NCBI GenBank assembly: GCA_023247255.1
Contig: JAHFGV010000006.1
Coordinates: 14,231-78,230, forward strand
Reading direction: 5' to 3'
Length of the DNA: 64,000 nucleotides
Origin: Candidatus Omnitrophota bacterium
Lineage (GTDB): Bacteria; Omnitrophota; Gorgyraeia; Aquiviventales; Aquiviventaceae
How positions within the stretch are numbered: position 1 is the first letter of the stretch; every line of letters starts with the position of its first letter. The translations under genes and the position numbers were made by a program. Positions 1 to 8,705 of the stretch are shown here, piece by piece. Below the pieces are notes generated by a model. It was not told the DNA's origin. It worked only from the letters and a program-made list of their open reading frames with translations, and searched no databases.

Positions 1-248
1 AGGACCTCAAAGAGACGCTGAAATCAGACGACGTCGAAAAGATCAAGCGGGCCACCGAGGTTTTGATGCAGGCCTCCCACAAGTTGGCTGAAGAGGTGTA
101 CAAGAAAACGCAAGGATCAAAGGGCGCTGGGCAAGGGGCGAATGAAACTCCCCAAGAAGCCGCCGAGGAATCGGCAGGCAAAGCCCATGGCAAAGATAAA
201 GACGATAACATTGTAGATGCTGAGTTCAAGGTGGAAGACAATAAGTAA
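1..248 (+). CDS. dnaK: Chaperone DnaK, C-terminal part (truncated by window edge)
   Basis: Open frame ...SDDVEKIKRATEVLMQASHKLAEEVYK...DDNIVDAEFKVEDNK is a typical DnaK tail; dnaJ lies downstream. Confidence 0.93.
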   Translation, partial: DLKETLKSDDVEKIKRATEVLMQASHKLAEEVYKKTQGSKGAGQGANETPQEAAEESAGKAHGKDKDDNIVDAEFKVEDNK

Positions 249-249
249 T

Positions 250-372
250 GCCTGTTTATTTTCTGCTTTCTCATGACACATAACACATGAAACATGACAC
301 AGTCCTCATTACTTCTCTTGGAACATGACACAACACTCGGTCGACGCGTTAGCTATTTTTGCAAAAGCCCAG
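250..372 (-). mobile_element. Half copy of MITE family A, inverted, directly after the dnaK stop
   Basis: The reverse complement reads CTGGGCTTTTGCAAAAATAGCTAACGCGTCGACCGAG...TGTGTCATGTTTCATG...AAAGCAGAAAATAAACAGG, matching the left half of 8356-8596. Confidence 0.85.
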
Positions 373-401
373 ATAGAACGGATGGATAGTCCGCGTGTTG
401 G

Positions 402-734
402 ATGATTCGCATCATTAGAGAGCGGGTGACGGCTGAGCAGATGCGCAGGATGCTCGAAACGTTGCAGACGTACGTCAAGCTTGCCGTTGACGTTCGTCGG
501 AAAATCGTTGGTGGCGGTGGAGCAATGCACGCGGATTGCAAAGCAGTGCTGCTGGAAGACGGCAGCCAACAAGCCGACGTCTGGGGTGCTGATTGGTCAC
601 CCAAGACCCGAAAGGTTCGCTTTGAGTCCCTGATCAACATTCGCCCCAGGCAGAACAACCGAACCATGCACATTGAGGACAAGGCCCTGCGCGCGAAGAT
701 TGAGAAAATCGTTCGAGAGCGGTTTGAGTCGTGA
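402..734 (+). CDS. DUF5674-like small protein
   Basis: VKLAVDV..GGxMHAD..LLEDGSxQxDVWG..FESLINIRP pattern; GTGA overlap with the next gene. Confidence 0.75.
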   Translation: MIRIIRERVTAEQMRRMLETLQTYVKLAVDVRRKIVGGGGAMHADCKAVLLEDGSQQADVWGADWSPKTRKVRFESLINIRPRQNNRTMHIEDKALRAKIEKIVRERFES

Positions 735-1075
735 TGGTTTCAGGTGCCATTCACCAGCGGTTCCTTCAAGATCCATTGCCGAAACGGCTGGGCAGTTTAG
801 CCGCTGACTTAGCGAGAATTGCGTCGTTTGCGGAAGACCCCGAGGATTATGAAGTCGTTGCGAGTTTGCTAGAAGAAGGGAAATGGTTCGCGGAATGGGC
901 TGCGGCGGAAGCGCCACTCGAAACTCAGGCGGTTCTTGCCGAAGTTCAACTCGCTCTGGCTGTGTGGCAGCGTCAGTGGCTCTCTAGACGTGCTGCGCCT
1001 ACCATGCGTGATGAAGCTGCGCGCCGATCCGAAGAATTACTGGCCTTATCCGGTTTGAGTTTGACTCGTAGTTAG
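731..1075 (+). CDS. Hypothetical all-alpha protein, coupled to the DUF5674-like gene
   Basis: 114-aa ORF with a 4-nt overlap; amphipathic helical pattern (RLGSLAADLARIAS, LLEEGKWFAEW). Confidence 0.65.
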   Translation: MMVSGAIHQRFLQDPLPKRLGSLAADLARIASFAEDPEDYEVVASLLEEGKWFAEWAAAEAPLETQAVLAEVQLALAVWQRQWLSRRAAPTMRDEAARRSEELLALSGLSLTRS

Positions 1076-1097
1076 ATAAAAAAAGTGGGGAGGTGCC

Positions 1098-1529
1098 ATG
1101 AATCTCAAGCGATGGGCGTTGGCGACAGGGGGTGTTTTTCTCGTAATTGCTGTGGCAGACTTTGTGATTCATGAAGCTTGGCTGGGTGGGTTTTACCGAG
1201 CGAATGCCCAGTGGTGGCGAAGCGGGGATGCCATGAAAGCGCACATGGGCTGGATGTTCATCAGTCAGTTTATCTTGGCGGTTCTGTTGAGCTTTGTCTA
1301 TGCAAAGGGCTACGAAGTGGGAAAAGGCAACATAGGCCAGGGACTACGTTTTGGAATTCTGATGGGTTTTTTGCTGTTTCTGCCCAAAATGCTCATGACG
1401 CACTTCATCTATCCCTATCCGGTCTCCCTTCTTGTGGGCTGGTTTATCGGCGGTCTGATCGAAACCACGCTAGCTGGGTTGATGATCGGAGCCATCTATA
1501 AACCCGTGCTTGCCAGAGCCAAGGTTTAA
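1098..1529 (+). CDS. Small 4-TM membrane protein (DUF1761-like)
   Basis: Strong RBS GGAGG; four hydrophobic segments; GLRFGILMG. Confidence 0.7.
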   Translation: MNLKRWALATGGVFLVIAVADFVIHEAWLGGFYRANAQWWRSGDAMKAHMGWMFISQFILAVLLSFVYAKGYEVGKGNIGQGLRFGILMGFLLFLPKMLMTHFIYPYPVSLLVGWFIGGLIETTLAGLMIGAIYKPVLARAKV

Positions 1530-1562
1530 AATTTCTAGGAAGATTACAGTCTGGAGGAATAG

Positions 1563-1805
1563 ATGGAAGCTAAACGTTTACAACCAGTTTCCACACTGAA
1601 ACGGCGGTATCCTAACGAATGGCTGCTGCTGAGAGATGTTGCAGCAGATGAGCTCACCCACCCCGTGAAGGGCAGACTTGTTGCTCACAGTAAAAATCGC
1701 GATCATATCTATGATCGACTCTCGCGGATGAGAGGAAAGCTTGGTGTCTTATATACAGGAGATATCCCCAGGAAGCTAGCTGTGTTATTTCTCGAGTTGG
1801 GCTAG
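1563..1805 (+). CDS. Small protein (DUF5678-like) upstream of an aspartic protease
   Basis: RBS GGAGG; RYPNEWLLL..GRLVAHSxxRD motif; 3 nt from the next gene. Confidence 0.65.
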   Translation: MEAKRLQPVSTLKRRYPNEWLLLRDVAADELTHPVKGRLVAHSKNRDHIYDRLSRMRGKLGVLYTGDIPRKLAVLFLELG

Positions 1806-1808
1806 CGG

Positions 1809-2207
1809 ATGGGTCAACAGCGCTTTGATCCGCAGCTCAACCTTGTTGCGTTAGACGCCATTCTGGAAGGAAGAAGAGCCTATTCCGTATCGCTGCGTAT
1901 GGTGTTGGACACGGGAGCATCGTACACAGTCATTTCCTGGAGTGCGGCTGAGGCATTAGGATACCATCCGGCCAACAGTCCTAACCGCATCGAGTCCATG
2001 ACAGGGAGTGGCAGGGAAGCGGCGCCGTTGTTAATAGTAAAAGCGATTGAGGTGGTAGGGGTTCGACTTGAGCAGGTTCCTGTCCTCTGTCATGACCTCC
2101 CACAAGGAAGCTTGGTGGATGGACTCTTAGGGTTGAGTTTTCTGAAGCAGTGCCGATTGGCTGTTGATTTCCCAATGGGCGTATTGGAACTTGACCGATT
2201 GCGCTGA
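1809..2207 (+). CDS. Retropepsin-like (clan AA) aspartic protease
   Basis: Catalytic VLDTGASYT and C-terminal DGLLGLSFL motifs. Confidence 0.88.
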   Translation: MGQQRFDPQLNLVALDAILEGRRAYSVSLRMVLDTGASYTVISWSAAEALGYHPANSPNRIESMTGSGREAAPLLIVKAIEVVGVRLEQVPVLCHDLPQGSLVDGLLGLSFLKQCRLAVDFPMGVLELDRLR

Positions 2208-2276
2208 CGCCACTTTTTAAATTTCGCGAAGCGATGGCGTTAAAAACATTGCATTTCGGATTGTGAAGGAAGAGCT

Positions 2277-2507
2277 ATGAAGTTGAAGGAAGCTGCGCAA
2301 ATCTACGTGGATCTGGTCCGGTTGGAGAAATCTATCGCGCCGGATCAAGATCAAGCCAGGCAGGAGGTCAGTGTACTTCGGTCAAAATACCATGACCTGT
2401 TTACCCAAGCGCTTTGGGAAACTGGCATCAAGTCCACCGACCGCTTTGAAGCTACTTCCCGCGCGTTTGAATTAGTCGGCGAGAGCGTCAAGAGGATATC
2501 TGGTTGA
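2277..2507 (+). CDS. Hypothetical protein (76 aa)
   Basis: RBS AAGGAAG before ATG; stop overlaps the next ORF. Confidence 0.55.
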   Translation: MKLKEAAQIYVDLVRLEKSIAPDQDQARQEVSVLRSKYHDLFTQALWETGIKSTDRFEATSRAFELVGESVKRISG

Positions 2508-3052
2508 GAGAGCTAAATCCTGCTTGTGAATTTAAAAAGCGCTTGAGTAAGATGTCTAGCGTGGTTTGGTTTTGGATTATTGTTGCTGGAGCGACAGCGT
2601 TTGCATTGGGCAACATCAAGTACCCGTTGGCGCGTGAAGCTGAGAAAAAGCGAGCTATGACCTCAATGGCTGTCTCTTTATTGCAGCCAGAATTGGAAGC
2701 CAATCTTGAGTTGGTTAAACGTACAAAACGATTACTTAGCGAGGACCCGCCACAGGTTGCTTTGCAAAGTTTCAATACAGCTGCTTGGGAGACGGTTTCG
2801 AGTAGCGAATTGCTCTTAGGCTTGGATTCCGAAAAATTAAGTCGTCTAATGCGAGCCTATCATCTTGTGAAACAAGCTAACCATCTACATGGCTGGATGG
2901 AAGAAAATACGCTCGGTATTTCGTCTGTTGTAAAGGGAGAAGCGCGAGGGAAAAACAAGGAAGCGCTAGTCAAAGGCTTGTCTGAAAACCTGGATAAACT
3001 TGAACCGCTACTATTAACTTCAATCCAAGATGTTCAAGGCGAAGGAGAATAA
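2504..3052 (+). CDS. Hypothetical protein with an N-terminal TM helix
   Basis: 182-aa ORF, hydrophobic VVWFWIIVAGATAFALG; start may be ATG 2552. Confidence 0.6.
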   Translation: MRELNPACEFKKRLSKMSSVVWFWIIVAGATAFALGNIKYPLAREAEKKRAMTSMAVSLLQPELEANLELVKRTKRLLSEDPPQVALQSFNTAAWETVSSSELLLGLDSEKLSRLMRAYHLVKQANHLHGWMEENTLGISSVVKGEARGKNKEALVKGLSENLDKLEPLLLTSIQDVQGEGE

Positions 3053-3093
3053 TTTGTTCGTTTACTTGAGTCTCGGATCTCAAGTCGGATGTC

Positions 3094-3121
3094 TGTGGAC
3101 TATCGACTGTAGACGGTGGAC
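3094..3121. repeat. Four tandem degenerate heptamers
   Basis: TGTGGAC TATCGAC TGTAGAC GGTGGAC. Confidence 0.6.
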
Positions 3122-3127
3122 TAACAG

Positions 3128-3191
3128 ATGCCAGTGACGAAGTCGACTACTACGAGATTCTGGGGTGGTGAAGGACACCTCGGTGGAGGAT
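3128..3191 (+). pseudogene. Degenerate relic of the dnaJ 5' end
   Basis: ATGCCAGTGACGAAGTCGACTACTACGAGATTCTGGGG encodes MPVTK/DYYEILG with a 1-nt deletion; it matches the dnaJ start at 3937. Confidence 0.8.
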
Positions 3192-3266
3192 CACAGCGAC
3201 GGCTGAGCGGCTGCAGACAATTGCGGCAGTGAGCGGAAGGCATTCAAGCGGATAGGTGAAGGAGTG

Positions 3267-3567
3267 ATGGCATCCACGCAGGAAGCCCAGATGGTCATTC
3301 AGCCCGCAGAAGGTGATTCTCTTCGGATCGCATGCTCGTGGGACCCCGCGTTCGGAGAGCGATATTGATCTCTTGATTATCAAAGAGACGTCGGAACGTT
3401 TTATTGACCGATGGACGCGAGTGCGCCGAATCCTTTCTGATCCGCAACGGGCCATTCCGTTCGAAACGCTTGTGCTAACGCCTCAGGAAGTGGCGAAGCG
3501 GTTGGCCATCGGCGATCAGTTCGTGGAAACAATTTTGCGCGAAGGAACCGTGCTTTATGCCTCATGA
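3267..3567 (+). pseudogene. Minimal nucleotidyltransferase (MNT) antitoxin, probably frameshifted at the N-terminus
   Basis: PQKVILFGSHARG..SDIDLLII motif; the RBS-preceded ATG at 3267 is out of frame with it (shift near 3303). Confidence 0.75.
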
Positions 3568-3946
3568 GGCGCCCCGTTATGCTGCGGAGTGGTTGCGGAT
3601 TGCCGAGAAAGACTTCGCGCGAGTCGAGCATCTACTGAGCGTGGATGATCCGGAGGCAGCGGGTTTCTATCTGCAATAGGCAGTAGAGAAGTTTCTGAAA
3701 GCTTTCCTCCTAGTTCAGGGATGGAAACTTGAACGGATTCACGATTTAGAGGTGCTCTTGAACGCAGCCGTAGCCTACGATCAATCGCTGGAACCCTTTC
3801 GCGAGGTGTGCCAGAAGATCACAGGGTTCTATTTCGTGGAGCGTTATCCCGATGTAGGGGGAGACGATTTAACCGAGAACGATGTCCGTCAAGCGTTCGA
3901 ACAAAGCAGAGGCCTGATCCAAAAATTGAGGGAAGTATGCCGGTGA
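3557..3946 (+). pseudogene. HEPN-domain protein with a premature stop
   Basis: [38 protein letters not shown]; in-frame TAG at 3677-3679 where QQAVEK is expected. Confidence 0.85.
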
Positions 3947-5076
3947 CGAAGCGGGATTATTACGAGATTCTCGGAGTTAGCAAAAACGCGACTGAGGATG
4001 AGGTTAAGCGCGCGTACCGAACGCTTGCGCTCAAACATCATCCGGATCGGGTGAGCGCGGATCAGAAGAAGAACGCAGAAGAGAAATTCAAAGAAATCTC
4101 CGAGGCCTACGCGGTTCTTTCGGATTCTAAGAAACGCTCGGTCTACGACCAATATGGCCATGCCGGTTTTGACCAGCGTTACTCCACCGAGGACATTTTC
4201 CGGGGTGCTGATTTTTCAAGCATCTTTCAGGATTTGGGATTTGGGGGATCAATTTTTGAAGAACTCTTTGGATTGGGCGATTTCTTCGGTGGAGGCGGCG
4301 GAGGTGGCCGTCGCGCCAGGCGTGGAGCGGATGTGCTGTTCGAATTGTCCCTGAGTTTTGAGGAAGCGGCTAAAGGAACGACCAAGACCGTCACGGTTCC
4401 TCGATCGGAATTGTGTCCGGAATGTCAGGGCCAGGGAGGGGATCGAGCCTCTTGCTCCAGTTGCCAGGGAACCGGACAGATCCGTCAGTCTGCAGGATTC
4501 ATGGTAATCGCACGGACCTGTCCTCGATGTGGAGGGCAAGGCAGTTCCATCAAGAAAAGTTGCTCCAAATGCCGGGGGGAGGGACATATCACCACGAAGC
4601 GACAGCTTCAAGTTAAGATTCCTGCAGGAGTGGAATCCGGCATGCGCCTGAGACTTGTGGGAGAAGGAGACGGCGGCGTCAGAGGACGGGGGGATTTGTA
4701 CGTACAGCTTAGAGTCGATCCCCATCCTCTTTTTCAGAGAGATGGCGCGCATCTGATTGTGACGTATCCGCTGAACATTGCCCAGGTAGCCTTAGGAACG
4801 GAAGTCGAAGTGCCCACGATCAACGGTCGGGTGTCCCTGAAGGTTCCTTCAGGCATCCAGAGCGGCACGGTGCTGCGCGTTCGGGGCAAGGGTCTTGCGG
4901 ATGTGCACGATGGGCGCACCGGTGATCTTTTGGTCCGCATAGTCGTGGAAACGCCTACGAATCTGAACGCAACTCAGAGACAATTTCTAGAGGGATTCCA
5001 GCAACTTTTTAGAGAGGATGCCCATCCGACTCGGCGTTCGTTTCTTGACAACCTCAAGGACCTGTTGAAAAAATAA
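3937..5076 (+). CDS. dnaJ: Chaperone DnaJ
   Basis: [12 protein letters not shown] motif, G/F region, four CxxCxGxG repeats, C-terminal domain. Confidence 0.97.
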   Translation: MPVTKRDYYEILGVSKNATEDEVKRAYRTLALKHHPDRVSADQKKNAEEKFKEISEAYAVLSDSKKRSVYDQYGHAGFDQRYSTEDIFRGADFSSIFQDLGFGGSIFEELFGLGDFFGGGGGGGRRARRGADVLFELSLSFEEAAKGTTKTVTVPRSELCPECQGQGGDRASCSSCQGTGQIRQSAGFMVIARTCPRCGGQGSSIKKSCSKCRGEGHITTKRQLQVKIPAGVESGMRLRLVGEGDGGVRGRGDLYVQLRVDPHPLFQRDGAHLIVTYPLNIAQVALGTEVEVPTINGRVSLKVPSGIQSGTVLRVRGKGLADVHDGRTGDLLVRIVVETPTNLNATQRQFLEGFQQLFREDAHPTRRSFLDNLKDLLKK

Positions 5077-5089
5077 TCCTTGAAATCGC

Positions 5090-5183
5090 CGATTGCATCG
5101 CGATATTGTCGATTGACGATCGTCGATCTTCGATTGAATAACGGTTTTCAATCGAAAATCCAAAATCGACAATCGAAAATTCC
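5090..5183. repeat. Heptamer hairpin repeat, family B (AATCGAA/AATCGAC type)
   Basis: ATTGTCGATTGACGATCGTCGATCTTCGATTG ... CAATCGAAAATCCAAAATCGACAATCGAAAAT; near-identical copy at 58036-58130. Confidence 0.85.
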
Positions 5184-5223
5184 CAGGCAGTTTCATGATT
5201 CCTTGGGAGGAGAGAAGTTATCA

Positions 5224-5253
5224 GTGCCACAGACTCATCCTGTGGGGCTCCAC
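5224..5253. repeat. About 30-bp hairpin repeat, family D
   Basis: GTGCCACAGACTCATCCTGTGGGGCTCCAC; variants at about 8164-8192, 8228-8268 and 58280-58309. Confidence 0.6.
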
Positions 5254-5274
5254 CCGTAACAGCCGAGGGGGAAA

Positions 5275-5535
5275 ATGCCGACGTACGAGTACAAGTGTCA
5301 ACAGTGTGGCCGACATCATGAAATCTCTCAGCCCATCACCGCCCGGCCTGTTTCCAAGTGTCCCAAATGTTCCGGTAAAATGAAGCGGTTGATCGGCGGT
5401 GGTTCCGGATTTCTATTCCGTGGGAGTGGTTTTTATATCACTGATTATCGGAGCAAAAGCTATCACGACGCTAAGAAGAAAGACGAAACCCCCTCCAAGC
5501 CTTCTGAACCCTCCAAAACTGCCACCACCGCTTAA
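5275..5535 (+). CDS. FmdB-family zinc-ribbon protein
   Basis: MPTYEYKCxxCG..CPKC..F(R/K)GSGFYITDY signature. Confidence 0.92.
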   Translation: MPTYEYKCQQCGRHHEISQPITARPVSKCPKCSGKMKRLIGGGSGFLFRGSGFYITDYRSKSYHDAKKKDETPSKPSEPSKTATTA

Positions 5536-5899
5536 AGACAAAAGGAATCGCTGGTGGCTTGCTTCAGGGATATATGCCATCTTTATTTTCTTTCTATCGG
5601 TAGTACCGGTCGTTCAAGATCTGCCTCCGATTCAACATGTGGACAAATGGGCACACCTGTGCGAATATCTGGTGTTTGCTTGGCTTTTGGTACGAACCCT
5701 TTTCTTAGCTCGAGGAATCTTGCCGGGATCCTTGATTTTGGCTTGGCTGTTTGCCAGCAGTTATGGCTACTTGATGGAGTTGATCCAGTTGATGTTGCCA
5801 TGGAGAACCGCAGACGTGGCCGATGCGGGTGCCAATGCCTTGGGAGCTGCCTTAGGAGTATGGATCGGCCATAAGATGTTTAGAGCACCTAACTGTTAG
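5531..5899 (+). CDS. VanZ-family membrane protein (start uncertain)
   Basis: DKWAHLCEY..YGYLMELIQ..PWRTADVADAGANALG motif. Confidence 0.82.
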   Translation, partial: LKDKRNRWWLASGIYAIFIFFLSVVPVVQDLPPIQHVDKWAHLCEYLVFAWLLVRTLFLARGILPGSLILAWLFASSYGYLMELIQLMLPWRTADVADAGANALGAALGVWIGHKMFRAPNC

Positions 5900-5908
5900 G
5901 TGCTCTAA
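5880..5908. repeat. Perfect 29-bp palindrome over the VanZ stop
   Basis: TTAGAGCACCTAAC-T-GTTAGGTGCTCTAA. Confidence 0.85.
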
Positions 5909-5934
5909 GCCATCATCCAACTTTTTGACTGATC

Positions 5935-6612
5935 ATGTACATGGAGAAATCTTGCGAGATTTCAGCGACTAAGACACGCAGTGCTCGTGTCATCGAGGAG
6001 CTCGCCCACCATTTACCCTATACCTTAGTGGGATCCCTCGTTGCGATGGCAGTAGTGTGGTTCTTCGCAGCGCAACGCTTGCATCAAGGGATCGCTGAAC
6101 AGCTGTTTGAGGAATCCCGCACAGCCTTTCATTTGTTTCATCCCCTGCATGTGTGCCTGAGCGCTATTGCCACAACGGCCCTGTCCTGGCGCACCAGCCG
6201 TCGTCTGCTCCAAACAGTTCTGACCGGCGCTCTGGGAACGATCATTCCGTGTGGATTGAGCGATTATGTTTTTCCCTATCTGGGAGGTAGACTCCTGAAT
6301 CAACCCATGGAACTGCATGCGTGTGTGGTAGCCCATCCCCAGATGTTTTTCCCTTTCCTTATATTAGGCATCCTTGGAGGTCTCTGGGCTGAGGAACGGC
6401 TCACCGGGAGCCATTTTTTCTCACATGCGGCACACATTCTTGTCAGCAGCGTGGCTTCGTTACTCTATCTCATTTCGTTTGGATGTGTCGCATGGATGAC
6501 GGATGTGCGGTTTGTGTTTCCTGTTTTTCTGATCATCCTGCTGGCCGTGTGGATTCCTTGTTGCATCAGTGATATCGTGATCCCGACGGCCACAGCTAAG
6601 GATTTGGATTAG
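5935..6612 (+). CDS. Hypothetical multi-TM protein with His/Cys/Asp motifs
   Basis: Several hydrophobic helices; HHLPYT, FHLFHPLH, SHFFSHAAH, PCCISD. Confidence 0.75.
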   Translation: MYMEKSCEISATKTRSARVIEELAHHLPYTLVGSLVAMAVVWFFAAQRLHQGIAEQLFEESRTAFHLFHPLHVCLSAIATTALSWRTSRRLLQTVLTGALGTIIPCGLSDYVFPYLGGRLLNQPMELHACVVAHPQMFFPFLILGILGGLWAEERLTGSHFFSHAAHILVSSVASLLYLISFGCVAWMTDVRFVFPVFLIILLAVWIPCCISDIVIPTATAKDLD

Positions 6613-6644
6613 CTCATCCATGAGGATATTTCCCTGAGGATGAA

Positions 6645-8003
6645 ATGGCACTGATCCAGCCCTTTCGCGCCCTTCGCTATAATCCACAGGGTGTGCCTCA
6701 GTTGGGTGCGGTGCTTGCTCCTCCCTATGATGTCATTACGCCCGAGGAACAGCAACGGCTCTATCAGTGCTCTGACTACAACATCGTGCGGCTCATTCTG
6801 GGCAGCCAGTATCCGACTGACCGAGAAGGAGACGATCGTTACAGTCGCGCGAAAGCCGCATTTAACGCCTGGTGTACTCAGGGGGTGTTTTCTCGCGATC
6901 CGACCCTCGCTTTCTACGTCATTGAGCATCAATTCAGTGATTTCGAGACCGATTCGTCGCCCAAACAGAGCGCGCCAGACAAAGGTTTCCAGCAATCGCG
7001 TCTGGGATTCATCGCCCTTCTTGGGTTTGAAGACTCGATGGAGCGAACGGCTTACCGTCACGAGGCCACTTTGACTGCGCCCAAGGCCGATCGAAAGAAG
7101 TTGCTGGAGGCTATTCCAGCGAACCTGAGCCCCATCTTCTGTCTTTATCCGGATCCCGATGGAATCGTCCAGTCCCTGTTGCGGGAGCATGTTCGTAAAA
7201 CCGCTCCAACCGTTGAGGCCCCTTTCAAGCAGGATACCGTTCGATTATGGGTCGCAACCGATGCTTCTTGGATTCAAGAGATTCAGCGGCAACTCGCTGC
7301 GGCGACGGTGCTGATCGCCGATGGCCATCATCGATTTGAAGTTGCTTATGCCCGCAAACATCAGTATCCAGCGCTGATGAGCTATTTTGTTTCCCTCAAG
7401 GATCCTGCGCTTTGTATGCATGCCATCCATCGGGTCGTCCGGCGTGATTCCGAGACAGGGGAGGAACCTCTCAGCCAGCTTTGCACCTTGGAAGCCACGC
7501 AAAATCTTTCTTCAGTGATGATGCGGCTGGGGCACTCTCAGAAGCAACCCGTCCAGCCATCTGAGCCAGGTGCCTTCCATGGACAATTCGGCTTCTATAA
7601 TGGAAAGGTCTGGTACTATGTGAGCTTGAAGCCTCGATCGGTTGAGAGTTGGTTAGGCACTTGTTCCATTCCACAACCCATCGCATCCCTCGACGTATGT
7701 CTTCTGCAACAGTTTCTCCTTCCTAATCTTGTTAACCATGCATCCAAGGTAGGGCAATCGGGGAAGGTTTTAGATGAACAATCCCAGGCGAAGTGGAAGA
7801 TCATCGACTATACCGCATCGGCCAAGCAGGCGGTATGTGCTGTTGACAGAGGCCAAGGGACTGAAGCGTGGTTCTTACGCGCGATGTCTCTTGAGCAGAT
7901 TTACTCGCTGGCAGCTAGAGGGTTTATTCTCCCTCCCAAATCGACCTATTTCTATCCGAAGGTGCTTTCAGGCCTGACGATTAACCCCCTAGCAGGATGC
8001 TGA
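6645..8003 (+). CDS. DUF1015 family protein
   Basis: IQPFRALRY, APPYDVI, HEAT, IADGHHR, PKSTYFYPK motifs. Confidence 0.92.
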   Translation: MALIQPFRALRYNPQGVPQLGAVLAPPYDVITPEEQQRLYQCSDYNIVRLILGSQYPTDREGDDRYSRAKAAFNAWCTQGVFSRDPTLAFYVIEHQFSDFETDSSPKQSAPDKGFQQSRLGFIALLGFEDSMERTAYRHEATLTAPKADRKKLLEAIPANLSPIFCLYPDPDGIVQSLLREHVRKTAPTVEAPFKQDTVRLWVATDASWIQEIQRQLAAATVLIADGHHRFEVAYARKHQYPALMSYFVSLKDPALCMHAIHRVVRRDSETGEEPLSQLCTLEATQNLSSVMMRLGHSQKQPVQPSEPGAFHGQFGFYNGKVWYYVSLKPRSVESWLGTCSIPQPIASLDVCLLQQFLLPNLVNHASKVGQSGKVLDEQSQAKWKIIDYTASAKQAVCAVDRGQGTEAWFLRAMSLEQIYSLAARGFILPPKSTYFYPKVLSGLTINPLAGC

Positions 8004-8083
8004 AAAACCCTTCGTGGTTCAGGGTTCGGGGCAAATACACCACCGTTCGTCGAACCGACTGGCGTTTTTGAGCAGCCTGCTAG
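7989..8083. mobile_element. MITE-like element, family C, bounded by CTAG
   Basis: CTAG-CAGGATGCTGAAAAA ... TTTTTGAGCAGCCTG-CTAG; supplies the DUF1015 stop codon. Confidence 0.75.
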
Positions 8084-8355
8084 AACCTTGGGTCCCCCGT
8101 TCCGATACGGATGCCAGCCGGAGCGGGCACAGCGTGGAGTGCTTGATGGTGCCATGCATGATGGTACCACGGACTTGCTGGTGGGGCTCCACCATGTTAG
8201 GATATTCGCTTTCTACCCCGCCATCGGGCCACGGCCGAAGACATCGGCCCAGTTCCATGGGGCTCCACAAAATCGCGTAAAGTTTTTACAGAAATGTGAG
8301 GCATTTTCTGATACATGGAGGAACCGCGGCTGTAAAGCCGTGGGACATCTCTTAA

Positions 8356-8596
8356 CTGGGCTTTTGCAAAAATAGCCAACGCGTTGACCCAGTGTTGTGT
8401 CCTATTCCAAGAGAAGCAATGAGGATTGTGTCATGTTTCATGAGTCATGTGTCATGAAAAAGCAGAAAATAAACAGGTATCTCAAGCATAGCCAAAGGGG
8501 CTCTTTTGCTTTCCATGACTCATGACACATAACACATGACTCATGACACAGACGTGAGCGCTACCGCTAATCTCGATGCATTTTTCAAAACCTCAG
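8356..8596 (+). mobile_element. MITE family A, full 241-bp copy, target duplication TCTTAA
   Basis: Ends CTGGGCTTTTGCAAAAAT / ATTTTTCAAAACCTCAG; TCTTAA at 8350-8355 and 8597-8602; heptamer hairpin core. Confidence 0.9.
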
Positions 8597-8641
8597 TCTT
8601 AACATTGGTTCTCCTGCGATATTGCAAAACAATCTGCTTGC

Positions 8642-8705
8642 CAAAATCGCGCCATTCACTCCCCTTGAAATCGATAATACCAAAGGGTTCTCTGGCGCGA
8701 TTTTG
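8642..8705. promoter_or_regulatory. 13-bp inverted repeat upstream of accD
   Basis: CAAAATCGCGCCA (8642-8654) and TGGCGCGATTTTG (8693-8705); the function is inferred. Confidence 0.45.

Noticed and set aside
402-3052. Integron cassette array between dnaK and dnaJ
   Set aside because: No integrase and no paired attC-like sites between genes; the GTTAGAT near 1071 is isolated.
3677-3679. In-frame TAG as stop-codon recoding
   Set aside because: TAG terminates several well-supported genes here (for example ugd and the luxE-like gene), and the partner MNT is also damaged.
5887-5901. ACCTAAC/GTTAGGT as an attC site
   Set aside because: It matches the core consensus, but the two halves are 1 nt apart with no room for L boxes.
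8014-8379. Overlapping short ORFs between DUF1015 and the MITE
   Set aside because: No recognisable motifs; they lie over repeat DNA.
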